The position numbers and the translations under genes are program-made. The notes below the pieces were generated by a model. The model searched no databases and was not told where the DNA came from. It saw nothing but the letters and a program-made list of their open reading frames with translations. A DNA stretch of 64,000 nt. Source: an uncultured Planctomycetales bacterium (GTDB lineage Bacteria; Omnitrophota; Gorgyraeia; Zapsychrales; JANLHA01). The stretch lies in contig CAZAXH010000004.1 of the NCBI GenBank assembly GCA_964489065.1, positions 150,304 through 214,303 of the forward strand, in the 5' to 3' direction. Every line of letters starts with the position of its first letter. The first letter of the stretch is position 1. Positions 45,160 through 54,173 of this stretch are shown piece after piece.

Positions 45160-46985
45160 TAAAAAACCCTCGGGGTTAACGCGTCCCGGTCCGAATCAGG
45201 CGGAGACTGCAAAACGGATTCGACCTGCTGAAGCAGCATGCCCGCCTCCAGCACGCGGCCCTGCTGTTGAAAAAACCAAATAGATTGATTAAGATGGCTG
45301 CGGACCTCGTCTTCTTTCCCGAACTGGGCGTACACGCCCGCTAGGTTAAAATACGCTTCCGCGAAAGCGGGATTCAAAGCGATGGCTCTCCGGTAAGCGG
45401 CGATCGCCTGCTCCGGAAGCCCTTTTGCCAGATACACCGGAGCCACGGCGAAATAAAAATGCGCGTCGTCCGGCTTCAAAGCGATCGCGGCTTGAAACGC
45501 GTTCAGCGCGAGGTCCCATTCCCCTTCCTGGGCGTACACGATCCCGAGATTGCTCTGCATCACGGCGCTCTCGGGGTTCATCTGGACCGTTCCTTCATAC
45601 AGCCGCCGGTTGTCTTTCCAGTCCGTATTCCGCAACCAGGTCCGTCCTCCGTAAAACACAACGATCAGGGCGGCGCACGCCGTGACCGCGCGTTTCATCC
45701 ATGTCCGGTCGACGGAGGAACCCGCCTCCAGCCAGGAGACAATCCCCGTCGCTAATAAAAAGCAAAAACCCAGGGAGCCGGGATACAAATACCGCTCCGC
45801 GAAATAAACAGAGCTGGGCACGATATTAGCCCCCGGCAACAAGGAAATGAAGAGCCAGCCGGCACAAAATCCAATGAGAGGCCGGCGTCTTCTGGAGACA
45901 AACACCCAGAAAGCCAGCAAACCCAACACGGCCAGGGCCTTCAGCGTGTACCCATCGGTCCAGGACTGCGCCAGGACAGCGGCCCGGTTAAAATCGCTCG
46001 GGTCAAACGCGAAAATACCGGGCGCGATCACGGGATTGTGGGACAATTGAAAAGGAAACACAAGCACCGCCAGGTATTGCGCCCAGGCCTTGACAATGAC
46101 CGCCATGGTCAGGCCGAAACTCCCGGCGACATAACCGCCGCGGTTGATCATGCCCAGCACGCCCCACTTGCATAAAATATAAACCGCGACAATGACAAAA
46201 AAAGGCCAGGAGAGCGGCACAACCTCCCGCCATGTCCGGCGGGGCCGCGTAAAAAACTTATCGTAAAACACAATCAATAACGGCATTGAAATCGCCAGCT
46301 CATGGGTAAACACCGCCAGAACCGCGAAAAAAACCGCCCAGCCCCGGGCCCGCGCCTCTGAGTCCGCAGGGGGTTGCTCTCGGCCCGCCGGACTTATATC
46401 CTCATCCGCGGCTCCCTCTTCCCAGAAAATCGGAACCTGGCCTTCCCTCCGATCAGCCCGCAGATGAAAATAAAAACCCGCGAACAAAAACACGATCCCG
46501 AGCGTGTCTACGCTGGCCGTCATAAACGTGATGGCTTCGACATGAACCGGGTGCAATGCGAACAAAAGCGCCGTCCAAAAAGAAACATCGCTGCGCCGCG
46601 ACAATTCATAAACGATTTGATACACGAGCCAGATCCCGGCGGCGTGAATAAGGAGCGAAACAAGGTGATAACCGAAAACCGCCTCTCCCCACAATTGATA
46701 ATTGACCGCGTGCCAAAAGGTTTTAAGCGGGGAATAGACTCCGGGCTGTCCGTCCGGCGGGATATATCCCACGAAAAACCGGGGGACATTGCGCAGGTCA
46801 CGGATCAGCGGCCAATTGGTGATAAAATCGAAATCGTCCAGGACAAACTGATTGCCAAAAATATTGCTGAAGGCCAAAAACGTTAAGACAAAAACAAAAC
46901 CCAAACGCGCCGCCTTTTGCTGAAACAGCTGGCTCCACCCCCGCGCGGGAGCGGTTTCTTTGTTTTTACCCCTGGCCTTTCTCAT
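45159..46985 (-). CDS. GT-C membrane glycosyltransferase with C-terminal TPR repeats (TMTC/PMT_2/DUF1736-like protein O-mannosyltransferase family)
   Basis: N-terminal FVLDDFDFITNWPLIRD motif, multiple TM helices, and at least 4 C-terminal TPR units. ATG at 46985 overlaps the rlmN stop (ATGA) and has a GGAGGGAGG SD. Its stop overlaps the GT2 start as TAATG. Confidence 0.7.
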   Translation of the reverse strand: MRKARGKNKETAPARGWSQLFQQKAARLGFVFVLTFLAFSNIFGNQFVLDDFDFITNWPLIRDLRNVPRFFVGYIPPDGQPGVYSPLKTFWHAVNYQLWGEAVFGYHLVSLLIHAAGIWLVYQIVYELSRRSDVSFWTALLFALHPVHVEAITFMTASVDTLGIVFLFAGFYFHLRADRREGQVPIFWEEGAADEDISPAGREQPPADSEARARGWAVFFAVLAVFTHELAISMPLLIVFYDKFFTRPRRTWREVVPLSWPFFVIVAVYILCKWGVLGMINRGGYVAGSFGLTMAVIVKAWAQYLAVLVFPFQLSHNPVIAPGIFAFDPSDFNRAAVLAQSWTDGYTLKALAVLGLLAFWVFVSRRRRPLIGFCAGWLFISLLPGANIVPSSVYFAERYLYPGSLGFCFLLATGIVSWLEAGSSVDRTWMKRAVTACAALIVVFYGGRTWLRNTDWKDNRRLYEGTVQMNPESAVMQSNLGIVYAQEGEWDLALNAFQAAIALKPDDAHFYFAVAPVYLAKGLPEQAIAAYRRAIALNPAFAEAYFNLAGVYAQFGKEDEVRSHLNQSIWFFQQQGRVLEAGMLLQQVESVLQSPPDSDRDALTPRVF

Positions 46986-48127
46986 GTCCGCCTCCCTCCG
47001 GAGCCGCGCCACCCCCGGGGTTCGTAACGCCGTGCCGACGCCGGACGTGTCCGGCCGGTCCCGCGGCCACGTCCGGATGAAGACCCTTTCCGTAGCTGCC
47101 CACAGGCGGCCTGGACATCCCGCCCCCGGGGCATCCGGACCGTGGCGTGAATCCCCTGTCGCAAAAGGAGCGTCATAAAAGAAAGCATTTCCAACTTGTT
47201 CGGCGGCTCATAATCAAACTCCGGAACGGGATTATACGGGATCAGGTTCATCTTGCAGAGCATCCCCCTTAACAAGCCCCCCAAAGCCCGGGCGGCTTTT
47301 TCCGTGCAGGTCAAATTTCTGATTAAAATATATTCAAACGTGATCTGGCGGTTGGTTTCCCGGATGTATTCCCGGCAAGCGGCCATGAGTTCCCGAATAG
47401 AATATTTTCTATTAACCGGCATAAGAAAGCTCCGGGTTTCGTCATCATATCCGTGCAGCGAAACCGCCAATTCGATCTGCAGCCCCGCCTTGGCCAGCTC
47501 TTTCATCCCGGGAATCAGGCCCGCGGTGGAAACCGTCAGGTGGCGGGCGCCGATATTCAAACCCTGACCGGAATTAATGATCCGGATAGCGGCCATAAGA
47601 TTCTGAAAATTATCTAGCGGCTCGCCGGTGCCCATAAAAACGATATGAGACAGCGGTTGGCTGTGTTGGAGCGATTCCTCCTTCAGGTGCAAGGCCTGGG
47701 TCACGATCTCGGCGCACGTCAGATCCCGGCTCCAACCGCAGACGCCGCTGGCGCAGAACTTGCAGCCGAACCGGCAGCCCGCCTGGGTGGAAACGCAGGC
47801 CGTGGCCCGGCCACGGGCTGGGATCAGAACGCTTTCAATTTTTTCATGGTCGTCAAGCTCAAAGAGAAACTTAATGGTGCCTTCAGCGGAAACCTTCTTC
47901 TGCAGCACAACAAAAGGACGGCAGTGGAAATCCCGCGCCAGCCTCTCCCGGAGCGGCTTGGGCAGATTGCTCATCTCATCAAAAGACCACGCGTTCTTTT
48001 GATAAAGCCATTCAAAAACCTGGACCGCGCGGAAACTTTTTTCCCCAGCGACTTCCAAATACTTTTTCAGGTCATCGCAGGATAAATTCCTGATATCCTC
48101 TTTATGAGACAATTCCCCTTGATTCAT
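46982..48127 (-). CDS. rlmN: 23S rRNA m2A2503 / tRNA m2A37 methyltransferase RlmN (radical SAM), with Arg/Gly-rich C-terminal tail
   Basis: CVSTQAGCRFGCKFCASG radical-SAM motif and RlmN-family fold. Tail GSSSGRGRGTGRTRPASARRYEPRGWRGSGGRRT. Confidence 0.85.
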   Translation of the reverse strand: MNQGELSHKEDIRNLSCDDLKKYLEVAGEKSFRAVQVFEWLYQKNAWSFDEMSNLPKPLRERLARDFHCRPFVVLQKKVSAEGTIKFLFELDDHEKIESVLIPARGRATACVSTQAGCRFGCKFCASGVCGWSRDLTCAEIVTQALHLKEESLQHSQPLSHIVFMGTGEPLDNFQNLMAAIRIINSGQGLNIGARHLTVSTAGLIPGMKELAKAGLQIELAVSLHGYDDETRSFLMPVNRKYSIRELMAACREYIRETNRQITFEYILIRNLTCTEKAARALGGLLRGMLCKMNLIPYNPVPEFDYEPPNKLEMLSFMTLLLRQGIHATVRMPRGRDVQAACGQLRKGSSSGRGRGTGRTRPASARRYEPRGWRGSGGRRT

Positions 48128-48236
48128 GGCTTTCTAAAAGGTCGGTGGTGTTGTTTGTCCTTCTTACAGGCTTGTGATGGCTAACGAAAAAAGAAAAACG
48201 CGGGAGAAAATGTGGCCAGTCCTTCACCGGGAAGCG

Positions 48237-49226
48237 TCACGAAGCCGGGGAGTCGGCCGCCACGCCCGCCACGCCATTTTCCAGGAATACGCCGATGCTG
48301 CGGAACTTATTATAACGGTCCTCCAGCAGCTCCTCCCGGGATTTGGCGGATAATTCCTTAATGGCCTTCAGGATAACTTTCTTCATGTTTTTCGCGACGA
48401 ATTGGGGGTCATGATGGGCGCCGCCCGGCGGCTCCGGGATAATGTCATCAATAATGCCGAATCTCTTTAAATGTTCGCCGGTCAGCTTCAAGGCGTTGGC
48501 GGCGTCAGGCGCTTTCACGCTGTTGCGCCACAGGATCGAAGCGCAGCCTTCCGGGGAAATGACGGAATAATACGCGTTCTGTAAGATGTAAACACGGTTG
48601 GCAACTCCGATGCCGATGGCCCCTCCGCTGCCGCCTTCCCCGATAACAACAGCGATGATCGGCGTTGGGATTAGGCTCATGTCTTTCAGGTTCGAGGCGA
48701 TGGCCTGGGCCTGGCCTCGCTCCTCGGCGCCGATGCCGGGATAAGCGCCGGGCGTGTCAATCAGGGTAATGATCGGCAGGTGAAATTTTCCGGCAAACTG
48801 CATCAGGCGGATGGCTTTGCGGTACCCTTCCGGATGGGCACAGCCGAAATTCCGCATGATATTTTCCTTAATATCCCGGCCTTTCTGATGCCCCATGATA
48901 ACGACCTTGTGCTGGTCTATCCTGGCCAGACCTCCCAGAAGGGCCTGGTCATCGGCAAAAAGCCGGTCCCCGTGCAGTTCTACAAAATCAGAAGCGATCA
49001 TGTGAACGTAGTCCAGCGTGTACGGCCGGGCCGGATGCCGGGCAATCTGAACCCGCTGCCATTCCGTGAGGTTGCTGTAAATCGACTGCTTCATCTTCTC
49101 CAGCTTCTGCTCCAGCTTTTTGATTTCGGGGTCGATATTGATCCGCTTGTTCGTGCCGAAACTCTTCAGCTGCTCAATCTTCGCCTGCAACTCCATAATA
49201 GGTTTTTCAAAATCCAGGCCGCTCAT
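48237..49226 (-). CDS. accA: acetyl-CoA carboxylase carboxyltransferase alpha subunit
   Basis: MSGLDFEKPIMELQAKIEQL aligns with the E. coli AccA N-terminus. ATG at 49226. The track start at 49256 is GTG. Confidence 0.85.
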   Translation of the reverse strand: MSGLDFEKPIMELQAKIEQLKSFGTNKRINIDPEIKKLEQKLEKMKQSIYSNLTEWQRVQIARHPARPYTLDYVHMIASDFVELHGDRLFADDQALLGGLARIDQHKVVIMGHQKGRDIKENIMRNFGCAHPEGYRKAIRLMQFAGKFHLPIITLIDTPGAYPGIGAEERGQAQAIASNLKDMSLIPTPIIAVVIGEGGSGGAIGIGVANRVYILQNAYYSVISPEGCASILWRNSVKAPDAANALKLTGEHLKRFGIIDDIIPEPPGGAHHDPQFVAKNMKKVILKAIKELSAKSREELLEDRYNKFRSIGVFLENGVAGVAADSPAS

Positions 49227-49271
49227 CTCTCTGCTCTCTCCTTTTAAGAAATCCACTTCCCCCGCGCGCTT

Positions 49272-50090
49272 TCAGTCAACAATAACCACTTCGGTTCCCA
49301 TGGGGATCAGGCTGTAAAGTTCTTCCACATCCTCGTTTCTCATGCGGACGCACCCGGCGGTCACCGCCTGCCCGATGGTTTCCGGCTCTATCGTGCCGTG
49401 GATGCCGTAGCCGGGAATGTCAAACCCCATCCACCGCGTGCCCAGGACATTTTCCGGACTCTCCGGGGGGACGATGATCCCGCGGCTGAACCACACCGGA
49501 TCCACCAGTTTCGAAGTGATCTTGAACGTGCCCACCGGCGTGCTGGAATTCTCTCCGGTGGATACAAGGTACACTTTCACAATCTCATCCCCGTCTTTCA
49601 GGATCAGGACGTTCTGCGATTTATCAACGAATATATTAAAATGGCCGGTCCAGATGCGCAGCTTCTGCGCGATCCGGATCACGTCGCTTTTTAAGGCGTT
49701 GCTTTTTTTTATCAGCTCCACCGTGGTGCCGTAGCGCTTGGCGATCTTGCCGAGCGTGTCCCCGGTCATCACTTCATGCGTCAGGGTTTTTCCCGGAACG
49801 GTCGTGGTGGAAAAGATAAGGCTCATATTCAACCCTTCCAGGTCTTTCTGAACATTCATGATGTTATCGTAATCCGGATACTTCTTTAAAATTTCCTGAT
49901 AAATCACCCGCGCCTTGACGTAATCGCCGTCCTTTTCAAATCCGCTGGCCCGCTTATAAAGCTCCGCGACATTGACCTGTTTCGGGTCCGCCTGCGCGAC
50001 CGGCTCCGGTTTCTTGCCGCGGGATAAGCTAAACCACAGGACGATAATCCCTACACACACTCCACCAATGATCACCAATCGATTATTCAC
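49272..50090 (-). CDS. L,D-transpeptidase (YkuD) with LysM domain and N-terminal membrane anchor
   Basis: LysM (HEVMTGDTLGKIAKRYGTTVELIKKSN) plus the YkuD catalytic motif HGT...GCVRMRNED. GTG start. Confidence 0.8.
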   Translation of the reverse strand: MNNRLVIIGGVCVGIIVLWFSLSRGKKPEPVAQADPKQVNVAELYKRASGFEKDGDYVKARVIYQEILKKYPDYDNIMNVQKDLEGLNMSLIFSTTTVPGKTLTHEVMTGDTLGKIAKRYGTTVELIKKSNALKSDVIRIAQKLRIWTGHFNIFVDKSQNVLILKDGDEIVKVYLVSTGENSSTPVGTFKITSKLVDPVWFSRGIIVPPESPENVLGTRWMGFDIPGYGIHGTIEPETIGQAVTAGCVRMRNEDVEELYSLIPMGTEVVIVD

Positions 50091-50139
50091 AATTCCACTC
50101 CTTTTGGCAGGTGAATTTGAGTCTGTTCCCGGACGGATA

Positions 50140-50610
50140 CTAGCGGCCCCACATACTGTAAAAAATAATCGACATCAGGCAGCCGATGATGGAACCAATA
50201 AAAACCTGAATGGGGGTGTGCCCGATAAGTTCCACAAGGCGGTTGGTTTCGATCTTCCCCCTCCAGTAGATATCCTCAAGAATCTTGTTCAATATTTCCG
50301 CCTGTTGCCCCGTGGCCCTGCGGACCCCCTGGGCGTCAAACATCGTGACCAAGGCAAAAACAGCGGAAAGGGCGAAGATCACCGAGTCGAATCCCCGTTC
50401 CATGCCTATGGTCGTGGCCAAGGCGGTAGCCCCCGCGGCGTGGCTGGACGGCATGCCTCCGGTCCCGATAAACCAGCGGAAATTAAACCGCCGTTCCCGA
50501 ATGACCCCCAGGAATACTTTAATACACTGCGCCAAAGCCCAGACAGTCAGTGTGATGACCAGAATTTTATTACGCAAAATCTCTTTAACAAGTATGATCA
50601 GGAATTCCAT
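50140..50610 (-). CDS. DUF212 / divergent PAP2-family membrane protein (YuiD-like)
   Basis: GGMPSSHAAGATALATTIG motif and 4 TM helices. GGGAG SD. Confidence 0.7.
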   Translation of the reverse strand: MEFLIILVKEILRNKILVITLTVWALAQCIKVFLGVIRERRFNFRWFIGTGGMPSSHAAGATALATTIGMERGFDSVIFALSAVFALVTMFDAQGVRRATGQQAEILNKILEDIYWRGKIETNRLVELIGHTPIQVFIGSIIGCLMSIIFYSMWGR

Positions 50611-50679
50611 AAACTCCCAGGGTATGCCGGCAGCCCCGCGCTTAACCGCAAGCGGGACAAAGATTAATAACGTTTATTG

Positions 50680-50814
50680 CTATAATTGACATGATTCCGA
50701 ATTTATGTCGCTTACATTATAATTTTGCTTCCCCAAAAATGCAAGGTCTTTCATTTCCTTCTTTTAATATTATTATCGGTAATAGAAGAAAACTTCCCCC
50801 CTGAAACGGACCCT
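50680..50814 (-). promoter_or_regulatory. duplicated promoter cassette, copy A: minus-strand TTGCAT-17-TATAAT (50716-50744) plus ~100 bp conserved upstream region
   Basis: About 80% identical over roughly 140 bp to 52099-52248. Lies 70-200 bp upstream of the DUF212 gene start. Confidence 0.55.
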
Positions 50815-50967
50815 GAACAGCCAGCGGACGATTTACGCCAATATCCAGATCATGTGATATTCTCCAAGCCGAAAGAAAGGACAACGAAATCTCCTGAACG
50901 ATCCCACGGTCAAGCGGCAAGAAGAACAAGGCGGGCTCGCGGCCTAGTTCAGAGCAACGGAATCTTC

Positions 50968-51942
50968 TCAAGCACAATCCTTGGAAGCGGCCCCTGCATT
51001 TGTATTTTCCCGGGTTTTCTCCCAATCGAGAATAGTCTTGACCACAATGCCGATACGCTTGTCCCCAAATCCCCGCCCCAGCTTGAAATTGACGATGCCG
51101 GACTGCAGTTGCAGACGCATAAGCGCATTCACATCACATAGTCTTATCACCTGTTTATACGCCGAACACGTCCCCAGGTGCCGGCAGGCAAAGGCAATCG
51201 TTCCGAAAAGGATACGCGCGTCTATAATCCCAGGCCCCAGAAGAGACTGCTTGTTCTCGCGAGACATATATTCATAGTGGTCATAGGAATTGCAGGCGTT
51301 CGAGCAGTAAGAATTCGCGATGGCGATAATCTTAGCGCGGCAATCCGCTGCCGCTGCGGTAAGCACACGTTCACGGCGCGAATCCTGGGGCGTGAGGCAC
51401 ACGTAATCATAGCGCCGGCAGTCCTCGTGGTACATACGAAGTGTTTCCTGGGGCGTGAGGATTTTATCGGGGCTGACATATTTCGTGCACGAACTCACGT
51501 AGACAAGCGCGTCCCCGTAGGTCGAGCGCACATGCCGTTCCAGAAGGGCATTATTAACGATAATACCGTTACGCATTCCGTAACGCCGCCCGATTGCAGC
51601 GACACACTCAACAGGCAACAGGTTCTTTTCCGTAAGCTCATCCTCGCGGACAAACATGTTCGTAAACGCCAGCCGGAATGAAATCCCCGCGGCATTCAGT
51701 TGTTCAACCGTGGCTTCAAACGACTTAACCGCGCGCGAAAGTTCTCCCCTAGTTAAGCCAATCCAGAGCCTTCCGTAGAGCCTCATCCTGTCGAGGAGAA
51801 AATTATTCCTCCCCCCGTTAAACGGAGAGTCAGGGAACCCTCCGTAGGCAACCACCTCAATACAATCCCGGCGATGCGCCTCGATAAGACGAGCCCGGGG
51901 ATTTGCGTACAAAGGCACTTCAATAGAATATTTTTTAGTCAT
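50968..51942 (-). CDS. Cys-rich hypothetical protein, possibly a divergent peptidase-U32/UbiV-like TIM-barrel protein
   Basis: 324 aa. N-terminus IEVPLYANPRARLIEAHRRDCIEVVAYGGFPDSPFNGGR loosely resembles the U32 N-terminal consensus. Cys cluster IANSYCSNACNSY. Family assignment is weak. Confidence 0.5.
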   Translation of the reverse strand: MTKKYSIEVPLYANPRARLIEAHRRDCIEVVAYGGFPDSPFNGGRNNFLLDRMRLYGRLWIGLTRGELSRAVKSFEATVEQLNAAGISFRLAFTNMFVREDELTEKNLLPVECVAAIGRRYGMRNGIIVNNALLERHVRSTYGDALVYVSSCTKYVSPDKILTPQETLRMYHEDCRRYDYVCLTPQDSRRERVLTAAAADCRAKIIAIANSYCSNACNSYDHYEYMSRENKQSLLGPGIIDARILFGTIAFACRHLGTCSAYKQVIRLCDVNALMRLQLQSGIVNFKLGRGFGDKRIGIVVKTILDWEKTRENTNAGAASKDCA

Positions 51943-52098
51943 GGTCCCTAAAAGCAGCCGCGGTACCCACGCGCCTCAAGGCTGCGAGAACAGCACAAGG
52001 AGCGGCGGCCTTACGCACCCCTCCCCTGCCCGCGCAAAACAGGACGGATTTTTATAGATATAAAAAAATCCCTTTTCGCATATCTTATGCAAATTGGT

Positions 52099-52248
52099 AT
52101 TATTTGACATAATTCCGAAGTTATGTTAGTTTACATTATAATTTTGCTTCCCCCAAAATGCAATGTAAGCTCTCTGATTTTCTTCTTTTAATATTCTTAT
52201 TGGTCATGACAGAAAACTTCCCCCTTAAACAGACCCCTCTTTTTCCCA
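52099..52248 (-). promoter_or_regulatory. duplicated promoter cassette, copy B: minus-strand TTGCAT-17-TATAAT (52135-52163) plus conserved upstream region
   Basis: Same architecture as copy A. Lies about 190 bp upstream of the 324-aa gene start. Confidence 0.55.
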
Positions 52249-52532
52249 TTTTATAACAACACCCCCACAAGAAAGACGTATATTTTACGATATCCCACGT
52301 TTTCGGGTCGGCCAGCATCAGGCAAACAACCATTCGCCGCTATAAAGGGACGCTTTTCCCGCCAGCAGCCAAAATTACTGGACCCGCCTGAAAAACCGGG
52401 GGACCGGACAGGATTTCATCCCCACAATTAAACCCAAAAAAGGCCGCCCGGCTGTTTTCTTGTGAAAACACGGCGCAGGACGAGCCTCGTCATTTCCTTA
52501 ATTGAAATGACAAAAAGATGACGGGAAATACC

Positions 52533-54062
52533 ATGTTATCAAAAACCTACAGTTACGCCTTAAGCGGCATTGATTCCTATTTAGTCACGATTGAAGTTGA
52601 TTGTTCGCGCGGCCTGCCGGCAACGATTATTGTCGGGCTTCCCGACAACGCGCTCAAGGAAAGCAAAGAACGGGTCCGCGCGGCCATTAAAAACAGCGGA
52701 CACAAATTCCCCTCTTCCAGAAGCACCGTCAACCTTTCTCCAGCAGACACAAAAAAGGAAGGCCCGGCCTTTGATTTGCCGATCGCCTTAGGGGTATTGG
52801 CGGCCTCCGAACAGATTTCCCCGCAACGCTTGAATGAATACGCCCTTTTGGGAGAGCTCTCTCTGGACGGGAAGGTCAAGCCTGTCAAGGGCGCGCTGTC
52901 CATCGCGCTGTCTATGGATAAAAACCGTTTTAAAGGACTTGTCCTGCCGGCGGCTAACGCTCCGGAAGCGGCCATTGCCGATGTCATCGACGTTTATCCG
53001 GCGGATTCCCTCAACCAGGTGCTCCATTTTCTCTCTGTGCCGGAAAGCATCCGCCCCTTTAAAACCGATCCCTCCCTGCTCACAGATCAACCCGATGACG
53101 GGGGGCTGGATTTTGCCGATATCAAGGGCCAATACCAAGTCAAGCGCGGCCTCGAGATATGCGCCGCGGGGGCGCACAATTGTCTGCTGATAGGCAGCCC
53201 CGGCACAGGAAAATCGCTCGCCCTGCGCCGGTTAAACAGCATTATCCCTGAAATGAGCCGGGAAGAAATCCTGGAAACCACCCGGATTTATTCCGCCATG
53301 GGCCTGGTGAAATCAAAAACGGGAATGGTGACGCAACGCCCCTTCCGCTCTCCCCACCCTACGACCTCGGACGTGGCCCTGGTCGGAGGCGGATCAACCC
53401 CCCGTCCGGGGGAGGTGACCCTGGCCCACAACGGCATCCTTTTCCTGGACGAACTTCCCGAATTCAGCCGTAACGCGCTTGAAGCGCTGCGTCAGCCCCT
53501 GGAAGAAAAAATCGTCACCATCTCCCGCGCGTCTAAAACCATGCAGTTTCCCGCCAACTTTATGTTCGTCGCCGCCATGAACCCCTGTCCGTGCGGATTT
53601 TTCACCGACCCGAAAAAGGAATGCCGGTGTTCCTCCTGGCAGATCCAGAGGTATATTTCCAAAGTGTCCGGCCCGCTGCTGGACCGCATCGACCTTCATC
53701 TGGACGTGCCGTCCCTCCCGCCGGAGGAACTCCTGTCCGACACAAAAGGAGAACCGTCGGCGCAAATCAAAGAAAGAACCGTCAAGGCCAGGGAAATTCA
53801 AAAAAAGCGGTTTGCCGGCACCGGCATCGCCGTCAACGCGCAACTCAATCACCGCCAGCTCAAAGAATACTGCCCCCTGTCCCCAAAATGCCGCACCCTG
53901 CTCAAACAAGCCATTGAAGAGCTCAATTTCTCCGCCCGGGCCCACGATAAAATCATCAAGGTGGCTCGAACTGTAAGTGACTTGGCTGGCTCCCCCGACA
54001 TTTTGCCCGAGCATATTGCCGAGGCGATTCAATATCGGAGTCTGGACAGGGGCTTTTGTTAA
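52533..54062 (+). CDS. comM: Mg-chelatase-like AAA+ ATPase YifB/ComM
   Basis: N-terminal Lon-protease-like domain, Walker A GSPGTGKS, Walker B ILFLDELPEF, C-terminal ComM domain. ATG at 52533. Confidence 0.85.
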   Translation: MLSKTYSYALSGIDSYLVTIEVDCSRGLPATIIVGLPDNALKESKERVRAAIKNSGHKFPSSRSTVNLSPADTKKEGPAFDLPIALGVLAASEQISPQRLNEYALLGELSLDGKVKPVKGALSIALSMDKNRFKGLVLPAANAPEAAIADVIDVYPADSLNQVLHFLSVPESIRPFKTDPSLLTDQPDDGGLDFADIKGQYQVKRGLEICAAGAHNCLLIGSPGTGKSLALRRLNSIIPEMSREEILETTRIYSAMGLVKSKTGMVTQRPFRSPHPTTSDVALVGGGSTPRPGEVTLAHNGILFLDELPEFSRNALEALRQPLEEKIVTISRASKTMQFPANFMFVAAMNPCPCGFFTDPKKECRCSSWQIQRYISKVSGPLLDRIDLHLDVPSLPPEELLSDTKGEPSAQIKERTVKAREIQKKRFAGTGIAVNAQLNHRQLKEYCPLSPKCRTLLKQAIEELNFSARAHDKIIKVARTVSDLAGSPDILPEHIAEAIQYRSLDRGFC

Positions 54063-54173
54063 ATCAATATTTCCCGGATAAAACTTCCAACCCTGTCAGC
54101 CCTTCCAGACCTGCCGTCTCACGTCGCAGCCGCAGGTTTTGCCCCGAATTGCGGCCACAAACACATTCCTGAT

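Noticed and set aside
50686-50721. Plus-strand reading of the duplicated cassette as a promoter (TTGACA ... TATAAT).
   Set aside because: The spacer is 26 nt, incompatible with sigma70. The minus-strand reading gives a perfect 17-nt spacing and matches the orientation of both downstream genes.
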